Assembly (NCBI RefSeq): GCF_001194135.2
Contig: NC_068983.1
Location: 72,115,108-72,179,107 of the forward strand
Direction of reading: 5' to 3'
DNA: 64,000 nt
Source of the DNA: Octopus bimaculoides
Lineage: Eukaryota
Part shown: piece by piece, positions 13,163 to 24,486 of the stretch
How the letters are laid out: each line of letters begins with the position of its first letter
Numbering within the stretch: the first letter of the stretch is position 1
Made by a program: the position numbers and the translations under genes
The notes under the pieces: generated by a model
Told to the model about the DNA's origin: nothing
Database searches by the model: none
Seen by the model: only the letters and a program-made list of their open reading frames with translations

Positions 13163-13369
13163 CAAAACCAAAACATTCTTTTAATGTATTTATATAAAGG
13201 AAAATTAAAATGTACCCAATTTTAAGAACGTAGCATTTTCATTCTTGTTTTCCATAAATATATATATGTAATTGATCACGATGTCTGGATCCATGTTTCA
13301 TAGCATACAGCCCACAGCAGTAATGATGATAACAACTACTGCTGTGTGTGTGTGTGTGTGTGTGACGAG

Positions 13370-13640
13370 TGTGTGTGTGTTAAGTGGCTTAGTGGTTAGA
13401 GTGTTGCATTCACATTTACAAGACCATGGTTTCAATTTCCAGGCCAAGTGGTGCATTGTGTTTTTGAGCAAAATACTTCATTTCAAGTTGCTCTGTGATT
13501 TTTTCAACAGCTAATGAGTGACACCCTCATGCACCTGTACAAGCAGTGCTGATTTGATGGAGGAAATGAACACAATCGTTTGATCTCTATAAACAAAGCA
13601 TCTGCATGGTTATTCAGAAAGGAATTGCAGAACTCTCATG
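13370..13640 (+). mobile_element. tRNA-derived SINE, degenerate
   Basis: Head gtggcttagtggttagagtgttgcattcac...ggtttcaatttcc, followed by ttgagcaaaatacttcatttcaagttgctc. Confidence 0.55.
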
Positions 13641-13689
13641 ATGGGAGTGTCCGGTGCAGGCTTGATGATGATGATAAGGTGCAGACATG

Positions 13690-13870
13690 GCTATGGCCAA
13701 GATGCTTGATACCTAAACGTGTGGTCATGGGTTCAGCATAGCTCCTTGGGCAAGCCCTGGGCCAACCAAAGCTTTGTGAGTGGATTTGGTAGTAAGAAAC
13801 TGAAAGAAGCCCATATATATATAGACGTACGTATGTATATGTATGTGTTTGTGTATACCCTTGTCTAGAC
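13690..13870 (+). mobile_element. SINE 5' half (same family as 31450-31863 and 43647-44228)
   Basis: gggccaaccaaagctttgtgagtggatttggtag..gaaactgaaagaagccc followed by a (TA)n linker. Confidence 0.65.
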
Positions 13871-15127
13871 ACCATGTGGTGGTTTTAAATGGCCATCTTT
13901 GTTATACAAGCAAGGATTTTCGTTTCTAGTCAACCTATGAGAAAATATTATCTTTCTTGGAAGCAGGTAAGGATTAGCAACAGTAAGCTATAGATAAAGT
14001 ACCTCAACAAATTCTGCTTGACTCATGCAAGCATGGAAAAGTGAATGTTAAATGATAATCATTATCATTATAAATATATATATGTATATATTTATGTGTT
14101 TACTTAGGATATTTTCTTTAGCCAATTGGATACCTAGACATTCCAGAAATCATATAATACACAGTCTTCTTTCAGTACAACACTCAGTTCTTGTTACTAC
14201 GTTTCATTTTAATGTTAATGCTAATGTTGGCCTTTAAACCCAAATAAATTTAGAAAATAGTTTTCTTTACCTCCTATTAGTGTTTCTAAATGTATGCATG
14301 TGGTTATTGTAGCATAACTGAATGAGATACAAGTTAATTCCATGTGATTTTGCTATGTCAATAAATTATATCATTATCTAACCCTTGAGAGTCTAAAGGG
14401 ATAAGTGTTAAGGTTATATATTACAACTGGTGTTAATGTTATAATTGTAGTCGTTGTGGTTGGTGCAGTTGATCTTGCATAGGTTAGAACAAGCTAGGGT
14501 TAATGTGAAATTAGATGCAGTAGAGTAAGATAATTGTATGATATTCTTATTAAAGTTTCTATAGAAATGCAATGAGTGAAAGTGTTTTATAATTTAAAAA
14601 ATGGGTTTGGATATGAAATTAACTACGTATTACAAATACAAACTTATTACACATGCACACACATACATAATATACATGTGTGTGTGTGTGTGTGCATGTA
14701 TATACACATGTTAATTTAATAATGAACTAAAAGGAAGAGAACATAACAACAGATAGGCAGATGATAAATTCTTCAATAAAATTTAAATTAATGATATTGT
14801 AACAATGGTGCCATGCTTCTGAATTAGTCAGCAATTTTCTGACAAGAAAACAATTAAACTTTTTAAATTTAAATTCCAATTATGTACATACAGCATATTT
14901 GCATTATATATAAATGTGTATGCATGTAGCACAATGTAATAATTGTAAAACATATACAAATTCATATATAGTACACAGAGTACAAATATTATGATACAAA
15001 ACACTACTTTTGGTATAGAGTGATGTGTTTATTATGTCAAAAAGTTTATTCTTTCAAAAATTATTTGAGTTTCATCTAGAAGCTGATTACAACTGTGAAT
15101 GTTCTCTCTCTCTCACTCTCTATATTT

Positions 15128-15168
<41 letters not shown>

Positions 15169-16664
15169 GGGGGGAGAAGTGCTACTACTTAGCACATATC
15201 AGCTTTTTCTCTAACACTAAGCATTGTTGTTAGCTGACATTCACCATCTCAAGGTCAAAAACATTTCATATAATATCTCCTAGCCCGTTATTAACCTCTT
15301 CAGTCACAGATAAAACACTAAAACTATTTTTTAATTTTTTATCAATACCAAAATACAGGTAAATAACACACATTGAGTAGATTTAAAAAAAATCTAATAT
15401 TCAATACGCTTAATTTTTGGCAAGGATAAATACAAATTTTGCTAACACTAGGTAAAAAAAAAATACTAATTTACTTCCATCTATGAGATTTATGAGAAAA
15501 CAGCCATCCTGTATGGCTTGTGAGCAAACACTGAGTCAGAATAACATGGTCTTGGTCATATATGCATTTTAGAAGTGCCCAATGAATTAGTAATTGTGAC
15601 TCAACTTAGTTATAATTTATATTTCTTTTGTAATTTATGCTGTAAAACTGTCCACTACATTGGACAAAGGGGTCGGAGAGCATCACAGCATGTAATTTGT
15701 GTTACAGAAAATTCCTTAAAACATTATGTGAAAATAAAGACATTCATCTAAACAAATTGAGTGATGTAATTACCTCTTTCTGCCATAAATTTTACAGGTC
15801 AATTAGCTCAAAGTCTAAGTCAATATTTCAAAATTTCGCCTTTCCTCTTTGCTTCTGTTTCCCTAGTTATTTTTTGATACAATTAACTATACAATCTGGC
15901 TAGGATTATGATTTACTTTTATTTGAGCAGAATTTTAAGCTTCATAATGTTTTTGCATAATATGCATTGTAATACCAACAATTCACCAATGAATATTTGA
16001 AACAGCTGTAAAGATATAATCACATCCTGTAAACATGTTACATCTCATTTAAATGCATTCTTTATATATATGATTGTTTGTTCCTGTTTCTTATAGCTAC
16101 CTATTTATCTATATGTATATTAAACAGCAAATAATAATAATAATAAACTATTAAAGAAATCTGCCAGAAACACCTCAAGGTTTGTAAAAAAAATGACAGT
16201 ATTTTCTGAATATGATACAGTTTTGTATGTACACAAACAAGTAACGGCACAAGCAAAATTTTGTTTAACTTTTTGAAAAGTTATTTCCAGTAAGATAAAG
16301 AAAGCTGATTAAATATCTATCTGCCATTTATAGCATCTACTATTCAGAAGACATGAATAAAATGAAATTGCAATGTACACTATTTCTTGTTATGTAAATC
16401 CTTTCAAATGGAACAAATTCTTGTAAGTGAGTTGTATGAAGATGATGAGCAAGAAAGCATCAGATTTGGAGATGATATTGACATGTTTAAGAAGAGGTAA
16501 AAAAGAGAAGAGGTAAATGAAGAGAAACAATTATATCAAGAAATAAAAGTAACTTCAAAAAGAAAGAAGAAAACTATTTAGAAATGCAAACCAAATGAAA
16601 GAAGTATGTACCTAAATATGTCTTAGTCACGTTCTTAATGTTGCTGCTGCTGTTGCTAATGCTG

Positions 16665-16665
16665 C

Positions 16666-16719
<54 letters not shown>

Positions 16720-17020
16720 GTGATGAAAACTCACAGCTTATTTTACTGGGTATGATGAGAAGTGTTAGCTATCCACAGCCAGCAGACTAAAGTGACACTT
16801 GTTTGCTGGTCATGCTTCAAGAACCCTGTGAAGAATTCTTGCAGTTCCAAGCAATGCTGATTTTTGTAGATGTTCCACCTTCATACTTGCACCAATCTTT
16901 TTCAGCCACATTGGTAATTGAGTGCTGATACTTCCAAGTGCACCAATTACTATTGGTATCATATCTACTCACCTCATTGACCACAACCTTCATATTTCCC
17001 ACTTCAAATCATCATAGTTG
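16665..17020 (-). mobile_element. 3' end of R4/Dong-like non-LTR retrotransposon (RLE C-terminus, 3'UTR, (AAT)n tail)
   Basis: Minus-strand translation DLKWEI..LWSMR*VDMIPIVIGALGSISTQLPMWLKKIGASMKVEHLQKSALLGTARILHRVLEA*, then a ~80-nt UTR and an (AAT)n tail at 16665-16718. Confidence 0.8.
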
Positions 17021-17134
17021 TTTTTTTTTTCTTCTTTCACACTGATCCTGTTGTCACCAGGACATGCTATGTTGATTATTATAATTATTATTATCATTAT
17101 TTTATTTTTTATTATTATTATTATTATTATATGA

Positions 17135-17320
17135 AGGCAGTGAGCTGGCAGAATCATTAGCATGTCAGAGGCATTTCATCCATTGTTATGTTCTGAGTTC
17201 AAACTCCACCAAAGTTGACTCTGCCTTTCATCTTTTCGAGATCAATAAAATAACTACCTGTTGAGCACTGGGATCAATGTAATCAACTTATAATTACTGG
17301 CTTTGCACCAAAATTTGAAA
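17135..17320 (+). mobile_element. Nin-domain-like tRNA SINE
   Basis: ggcagtgagctggcagaatc.ttagca...gttctgagttcaaa...gactctgcctttcatctttt.gagatcaataaaataa.tacc.gttgagcactggg. Confidence 0.75.
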
Positions 17321-17328
17321 ATCTTATT

Positions 17329-17545
17329 AAGGTGGCAAGCAAGTGGAATCATTAGCATACTGGGCAAAATGCTTAGTGGCATTTTGTCCATCCAAATGGT
17401 CTGAGTTCAAATTCCGTTGAGGTTGACTTTGCCTTTCATCCTTTTGGGGGGTCAATAAATTAAGTATCAGTGAAATACTGGGGTCGATGTAATTGACTAG
17501 TCCCATCCCCCAAAATTTCAGGCCTTGTGCTTATAGTAGAAAGGA
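17329..17545 (+). mobile_element. Nin-domain-like tRNA SINE (second, adjacent copy)
   Basis: Same motifs: ctgagttcaaattccg..gaggttgactttgcctttcatcctttt.gggg.tcaataaattaagta.cag. Confidence 0.75.
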
Positions 17546-18747
17546 TTATTATCATTAATAATATTAATACACCAATTGCATGTGCAAATTCTGGAAGAGA
17601 TTTGAAACCACCACCTATGTGTTGCATTACTACTTCTCAACACCCTCCTACTGGGCCACCAAAGTAGCAACAATCTTAATGCGAAAATTAAGATGCTTAA
17701 ATTTGATGTGTGTGTCATGTAAGAGGGAGAGGAAGTGAGAAAGAAGGAGAGAGAGTGAAAAAGTGTGGTTGATAGGTATTTGAATTCCTTTCTATTACTG
17801 AACTGAAATTGACCCCTGGCTATTAAAGGCCAAACCATACACACACACACAAAAACACACACACAAATACACATTTGTTTTAGGTCTTCTACCTATTTGA
17901 ATTCAGCCATAGACCAGATAACATGTTATATCCAAGAACAATAGCAATACAGTGTTTCTTATAAAGAAGCTTGACAGAACTGAAACAGAGGTAAATGAAT
18001 TGGTTTATTTGATAAAATTAAGATGACTTAAACGTTTTTTAAACTTCTCCAACACCATGGTAAATAAAGAAGAACTATATAGATACAAACTTTAGTTTGT
18101 CTTCTCACTGATAAAGGTGGAGAGACAAAAAATTCACAAATATTGGTATAGGGTGACTGATACTTGTCATTTTAATAATTGTTGTTTTAACAGATATTAT
18201 TTTTTGGAGTGTTAATAAAAATTTGGTTTGAACCTACTTAGTCACTACAAAATGCTTTCAATGACAAGAGAATGTCTACTTAATAACTCAATCTGTGAAA
18301 CAAGCCAATACAGAAGCATCTATGAAGTTTTTAACTAGCTAGAAATAGCAACCAAATCTCTCTCTCTTTCTGATTACACCAGGCCATCTTGTAAAAGAAG
18401 AACCTATCTAATATAATAAATGCGAATGTCAGTGTGTCATACTTTTTCAACTTTACTTCTATAGGCTGTAGCCCAACATATCATACCATTTTGGAATCAG
18501 GCCGACTCCATGAGTAAATTAAAACCATTCAGGGCTGAATCCGGACACCCAATCCTGAAATTTTGGATTCCCAAATTTTCATTCCAAAAAGTAAATAAAA
18601 ATTAAGGGAAGATAACTGATAAAAGAAACAAAGGGAAGCAAGTACCAAAATGAGTTTACACCATACCAAAATTAGTTTAGTTTGGAATTGGAAATTGATT
18701 GAGATGTCACGTGGAAGATCAGCGGTACTGCAGTTTATTGCACCTCA

Positions 18748-19230
18748 GTGGAAGTCCTCAATTGTGAAACAATGTTAGAAGAATCATGGAATATTTCTAA
18801 ATTTGCAGAATCATGCAACAACATTCTTCAATGGTTGGCACAGCGCCATTTAATCATGAACAGGTACACCTGTGAATATTGCAATTCACCATGTGGCCTT
18901 ATCACACATGGTGACGTTATTGACAGAAAATTTTGGTATTGCAGGATTTGTAAAATGCAAAAATCAATCCATCACAGGTCATACTTTGACAAAAGCCATG
19001 TGCCTCTATATAACATCCTTCTAATCATTTATTGTAAGTCATGTGATATGTTGCAAAATGATATGATGCATAAATCTTCTATACAAAGTAGAACTACGAT
19101 CATAGATTGGAGTAATTTCTATTGAGCAATATGTGATGCTTGGTTTGAAGAAAATTCAATGCAAATCAGTGGTATTGATGCTAATGGGCAACCAGTCATT
19201 GTGGAGATAGTTCAAGAGACTTCAGTTTCC
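18748..19230 (+). pseudogene. Merlin/IS1016 (ISXO2-like) transposase relic
   Basis: Zn-ribbon CEYC...CRIC, KSIHHRSYFDKSHVPL..IL.IIY, TTIIDWSNFY*, then ISG...VIVEIV. This resembles the Merlin N-terminal region up to the VEIDES motif; the rest is deleted or frameshifted. Confidence 0.7.
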
Positions 19231-19573
19231 AGTGTGAGTGAGATATGCACAGTCAATCAATAGGTCCCATGTACAATCACAGAAAGTAACTGGGCTTCAT
19301 CTGATGGAACCCTGCTTTTCTCACAGCCAGCCCTATGTTGATTGTTCAAAGGTTGGGAATGGAAACAAGCTATTTGTACTGATCCCAAATGGGAAGACGA
19401 AAAATGTTTTTCATGCAGCCTTGCAATAAGTTCTAAATAGACAAATTATATCAATGTTTTGATGAAGATTGTTAATTGTTTGTAAAATATTGTTCAAGTT
19501 TGATAAAACTTAATATGTGCTCAATACATGAAGTGTCATTGTTGGGTGGAAGGCCCAATGAAGAGCCCACAGG

Positions 19574-19617
19574 AGCTAGCTTAAAAGCCGCCTGATAGGG
19601 TGGCTTTTAAGCTAGTT
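19574..19617. other. Long palindrome/hairpin ending in CTAG|T (Helitron-3'-end-like)
   Basis: ctagcttaaaagccgcc-tgatag-ggtggcttttaagctag: a 17-bp stem with one G-T pair. Confidence 0.6.
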
Positions 19618-19789
19618 GTATAATATAGTCCTTGATTCCCTGTCAGAATAAAAGATAGTTTAATCAAGGCTGAAGTACCTAATCTATGGCTAAACATGTA
19701 TGGATCAAGGGCCATGATCATCATCATCATCAATAACAACGACGACGACAACAGCATTTATTAACAACTTCACTTCTATCATAATAAAT

Positions 19790-19975
19790 ACCTGATGCAC
19801 CACATATCCTGTTCCATTGTCAATCTCCTAAGATTATCAGTAATCAAAGCATTCCCATCCTCCTTTAGGGTCTTGACTATGATTTTGGAAGGAGGTCTAC
19901 TTTCATCATTCAATGAATTTGTTTCAAGATAGTTTCTTAGCTGTTGCCAAGTGACTCTGATATGCTCAGCAATCT
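19790..19975 (-). mobile_element. Possible RTE-type LINE C-terminal fragment
   Basis: Minus frame SRPPSKIIVKTLKEDG...NLRRLTMEQDMW resembles the GRP..T..D.LKED.G.....M.DR..W ending of RTE-clade ORFs. Confidence 0.35.
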
Positions 19976-20079
19976 GCAGCCATCAAAGCTGACCTGTTGA
20001 CCCATGGTTAAGCAACTACAATATAAACCAATAAAGGAGTCTCTATGTGATCTATCAGTTAAATGTCACTTTAAAATCA

Positions 20080-20330
20080 TCCCATGCTTCAGTCTTTAAT
20101 AAATCCAGAACACACTGGATAATGTAGTCCTAAATACTCTATGTGAGAAAAAGATGTGACATCACAATTTGTAAGTTTCTGATCATATGTCTTAAGAGAT
20201 AACAGTTGACATGCTGCTAAATAACAACAAAAGACATACTGAACAATATAGTTCTAGATACATTGTATACAGGATAATGAGGGCTGGAATGTTTTAGTTG
20301 GGTGAAGGCTGACCTAGGACTAAACAACAA
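20080..20330 (+). mobile_element. Unclassified SINE-like repeat
   Basis: cactggataatgtagtcctaaatactct...; gggctggaatg...ggctgacctaggactaaacaacaa, shared with 25690-25890 and others. Confidence 0.5.
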
Positions 20331-21714
20331 GAAGTTGTGCAATATGCCAACCAAATTATTTTAACAAGTTTTCTCATTTCAAATGTCTTTAAAGCATAGG
20401 CAACAGACATTAAATGATAATGATAATGATGATGATGATGAACAGCATGATTACAATAAAAATGGTTAGTCACTGTTTAGAAAAACCAAATAAATGTTTC
20501 TCTGAAGCAGTTACCTTTATGTTATAAACCTCACAACAGCAAATTTTACCAAAATATACTTTCACATGACTTGTGTTTATTAAAATAAAATATGATTTGC
20601 TTAGGAAAACAATTCCATTGTGGATTAAAAATGTTTCTAAACATCTAATCTTGTCAGAAGAAAGCAAGTTTTGCAAAGTAAAGAGAAAAAGAAGCATTAC
20701 CTGAGTAGAACAGTTTATATGGCTCACTTGTTTTTTATAGATAGTCATCAGAAACAATTTTTTTTTCTTTTAATGTTTGTCTGAGACATTGTTTCTAAGA
20801 GGGACTTTTACAACAATTGTGAACTTGGTTTATCTTGAATTGCCTCTGTTACAATTTTGATTAAGATTTTAAAAATAGAAGTAAATACTTATAAAATTCT
20901 GGGAAATATGTAACCATGCTTGGTACAAAGTAAAAATCTAAAATTCTTTGATGAAGCAAAGTAGAGAAGAAAAAGAAAAACAGCTAGCCATAATTAATGT
21001 GCTTTCTAAAAACTTGGGCATGTTTAAACAATTTATTTGATATGTACAGTAGATTGGTTCTGGCACTAGTACATAAAAAACTATTTTTGTATCTACTTAT
21101 TACAACATATCAAATTTATTTTGATAAACAAATACTGTATGAAGGAAAGAAAAAAACAGTTGCCTATGTATTTCTGACAATCAACAGCAGTTTTGTATAT
21201 TCTGGGACAAGTTAGAAGAGTTTAAGATGTTGTTATGGCAGTTTATTTGCTAGTATAGGTTTTAACAACACTAGACAATTATATTGTAATATTGTAAGTG
21301 CTTCTACAACACATTGCTTTTATTGGTTTCCCAATTCAAGTAGGTGGTACCATGAGGCAAAGTAAACTGTATACCTTCTCCAAGTTTCTATTTATTTTCT
21401 TGATGTTGTTAATGTAGAAACTAAATATATCAAATATCCCCTAAGAAATCTTACTAATAAAATGAAGGTTACATGATCTTAATAAAGGTAGAATGACTGT
21501 ATTGGAAAAACTGATTGACAGCATTATTAGAACAGTAGCCTTCGAGGCCAAGGTTACTTAACAACAATAGCAACAATATCAATGACAAATGAGCCACCAA
21601 GTGAGGTACTACATACTTGCTTTAATCTGCTAGAAATAGCAGCAAAATCTGCCTCTTATAACACAATTTATTTAAAATATGAAAACAAGACGTTGAATAA
21701 AGTAGTCATATATA

Positions 21715-22991
21715 TTGGGTCATCTCATAAATTATATGGTTTTTTCAAAAGTCAGAGGGGGACAGGATAAACTACCTGTATTAACTTGCTATAAAAGCAG
21801 GTAGTAACTTTACCTTGTTTTTATTCTAAGTGCAAGTTTTGAAGAATGCAGTTCGATTTTAACAGTTATTTTTTTCAAAGCTATAATGGAAGTGCCAAAG
21901 GTGCATATTCAGCATATTTTGCTTTATGAATTCAATAAAGGCAACAATGCAATGAAAAGTGTAAGGAATATTAATGCAGTGTATGGGGATCAAATAATAA
22001 GCATAAACCAGTGTCATCAGTGGTTCCAGAAATTCTGAGCTGGAAATTACAGCCTAGAAGATGAGCCTCATCCTGGAAGATCTGTAGAATTTGACGAGGA
22101 CGTCCTGTAAACCCTGGTGGAACAAAATCCCATCATAACTGTTGAGGAACTAGCAGAGAAGTTTGGATTTGGTCATTCAACCATTCATCGACACCTGCAT
22201 GCCATTGGAAAAGTTAGAAAATTGGGTCAATGGGTTCCTCACAAACTTTCCAAGTCTAACCGCATGCAGAGAGTGAATGTGTGCTCTTCTTTGCTATCAC
22301 GTCTCACAAATGAACCTTTTTTGGACTGAATAGTTACTGGTGACAAGAAATGGGTTCTCTATTAAAATGTCAAGTACTGAAGACAATTGGGAGGGAAAAG
22401 AGAAACACCAGCAGCCCAGGCTAAAGAAGGTCTTCACCTACGTAAGGTGTTGTTATCTGTTTGGTGGGATATGAAAGGTTTAGTCCACTTTGAACTTTTA
22501 AACCTAAACCAAACGATAACAAAAGAGATTTACTGTGAGAAGCTTGAGCAGCTTAAATCAGTGCTAGAAGAAAAACCACCATCTTTGGTTTCAAGACGAA
22601 AGGTGTTCTTCCATCAGAATAATGCTCGGCTACATACAGCAAGGATGACATTCCAAAGGCTGGAGCAGTTTGAGTAGGAAACGATGCCCCACCCACTATA
22701 TTCACCAGATATTGTCCCATCTGATTATCATTTATTCCACGGTCTTCAAAATCATTTAGACAGAAAAAAATAGGAATTCTGTAGATGAGGTCAGAACAGT
22801 AGTGGAGGAGTATTTGTCATCATGGACAAGTGAATTTTGGAAGAGGGGCCTTGCAAGTCTACCTGATAGATGGAAGAGCATTGTAGAAAATGAAGGAGAG
22901 GATATTTTAGATTAAAAAAGAACTTTGTTTATCTTAATTTTGAAAAATATAAGAAGTATAAAAAAAGCACATTATTTATGGAATGGTCCAA
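21715..22991 (+). mobile_element. Mariner DNA transposon, full-length defective copy B
   Basis: TIRs ttgggtcatctcataaattat at 21715 and attatttatggaatggtccaa ending at 22991; TA on both sides. Transposase from ATG 21886 with WVPHKL, VTGDKKW, HQNNARLH and YSPDIVPSDYHLF; several stops. Confidence 0.95.
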
Positions 22992-23809
22992 TATATTCCT
23001 AAATGTAAGGTAGTCATTGTTGGAATGCATTTGATCACAGGTCAACTGGATCATGGCTGATTTAGATCTAAGCAAAAACTACAGTATTAATGATGCAATG
23101 GTTAATACATATAAAATTATGGGAAATACTGTAAGATTGATTACCATAGATGAATTTTTTTTCTACTGGGTTAAAGTAGTCAAAAGAAAAGCTAGCAATA
23201 ATTAATTTTCTTTATCAAAATATAGACATTATCAAAAATTTTTTCTAAAATGTTCAAATTGCTTTGATAATGCCATCAAAGATAAGAAATTATTCTTATT
23301 TCTTTTTTCATAATTTCTATTTCATTGTTTATGTGGGTGTTTATGTGTATGAGATTTTTTGGATGGAGTAATAGCAGATGAAAGAAGAAAGCAGTTTCAA
23401 CTGAATAGTAGTAGCAGTTATTCTGAAGAACACTAAAATAGTTTTAAATTAAATTTCAAATTTGCATTTTTAGAAATAGTTTATCATATGATGCCAATTT
23501 TACAGTATTACTTTCAATAATTATCTGCAATATTCTTTCCCCTATTGTCTTTTCTTTCTATTATTCAGAAGATATTCTACTCTTCTGCAAAATGCGATTT
23601 CATTTCAGCATATGCTGTAATTGATGTTCAGAATAAATAATTTTAATAATTGAAAAATATACTGAAAAGAAAAACATTGACAATTTTATAAAGATATACA
23701 AATAGTTATTTTAGACTCATGATATTCTAAAAGAAAATTATCTTTATGAAATGTGATTCCAAGGTTTTTTTAAATTTGTAAGTAATTTACATTGGTAAAA
23801 TGACCCCTT

Positions 23810-24065
23810 GGAAGGATCATGCACTGGTTTTATTTAATTTATTTTCATTATTATAATTAGTCAACTAGTTAACTAATCAATTGCATGATTAATTGTTCAT
23901 TCACTCAATCATTTAGTCATTTTATGGTAACAATAAATGCAGGTGAAACAGTATCAGTACATGTGTTTCTTATTGGTAAAATGACCCTCCCAAGATAAAA
24001 CAGCATCTGTTTCAACATACATTTGTACATCAAGAATCTTGCAAAACAAATGCAAAAACAAAAGT
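23810..24065. mobile_element. Degenerate palindromic MITE-like repeat (family of 31-240)
   Basis: Both arms resemble 31-145 in opposite orientations. Confidence 0.4.
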
Positions 24066-24071
24066 TAAATG

Positions 24072-24486
24072 ACGTGAAGTATATTTGCCACTTAAATGCG
24101 GCTAACCCCTAAGGGTGAACACTACTATAGCTTGTAGCCCCAGGAAAACATCTCCTCCAGCTGGCTATTAACACACTTTCTGTGCCCTGTCGGTATTTGC
24201 AAAGGGAAGTCATCCTTTCCATCGTCGATCTGACGTGATACACACGGACCCGGGTTTCTGGGTATTTACTCTTCATCAGTGTACGACAATCACCGATCTT
24301 CGATGCGAAGGCATCCCAATGCAAATACATATATCCTTTTTGCAGTGACAAAAATCCACTGATCTCAAAAAAATGTAAACAAGCAATAATAAATCTCTGA
24401 ACGAAGTATAAAAAGTAGCTGCACGACAACGTGAAGTATATTTGCCACTTAAATGTGGCTAACCCCTAAGAGTGAATGCTACTGTA
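24072..24486 (-). mobile_element. 357-bp hammerhead-containing unit with 58-bp direct terminal repeats (retrozyme-like / PLE pLTR-like)
   Basis: acgtgaagtatatttgccacttaaatgYggctaacccctaagRgtgaaYRctactRta at 24072-24129 and 24429-24486 (period 357 bp); CpG-rich interior; an HHR on the minus strand. Confidence 0.75.
24227..24298 (-). ncRNA. Type I hammerhead ribozyme motif
   Basis: Minus strand: GATC G GTGAT TGT CGTAC A-CTGATGA-A GAGT AAAT ACCC A-GAAA-CCCGGG-TC/CGTGTG T ATCAC GTCA GATC. Intact core CUGAUGA/GAAA; palindromic stem III ACCCGGGT; canonical GUC (cleavage between 24247 and 24246); extended stem I with an internal loop. Mismatches at 1.1-2.1 and in stem II. Confidence 0.75.

Larger units (their letters stand above)
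11581..13261 (+). mobile_element. 5'-truncated Penelope-like retroelement flanked by a 63-bp inverted repeat
   Basis: RT and GIY-YIG fragments inside; 11581-11643 is the near-exact reverse complement of 13199-13261; (TA)n on both flanks. Confidence 0.9.

Noticed and set aside
24109-24429. 106-aa minus-strand ORF inside the 357-bp unit
   Set aside because: No recognisable domain; the hammerhead and direct repeats explain the sequence better as a non-coding element.
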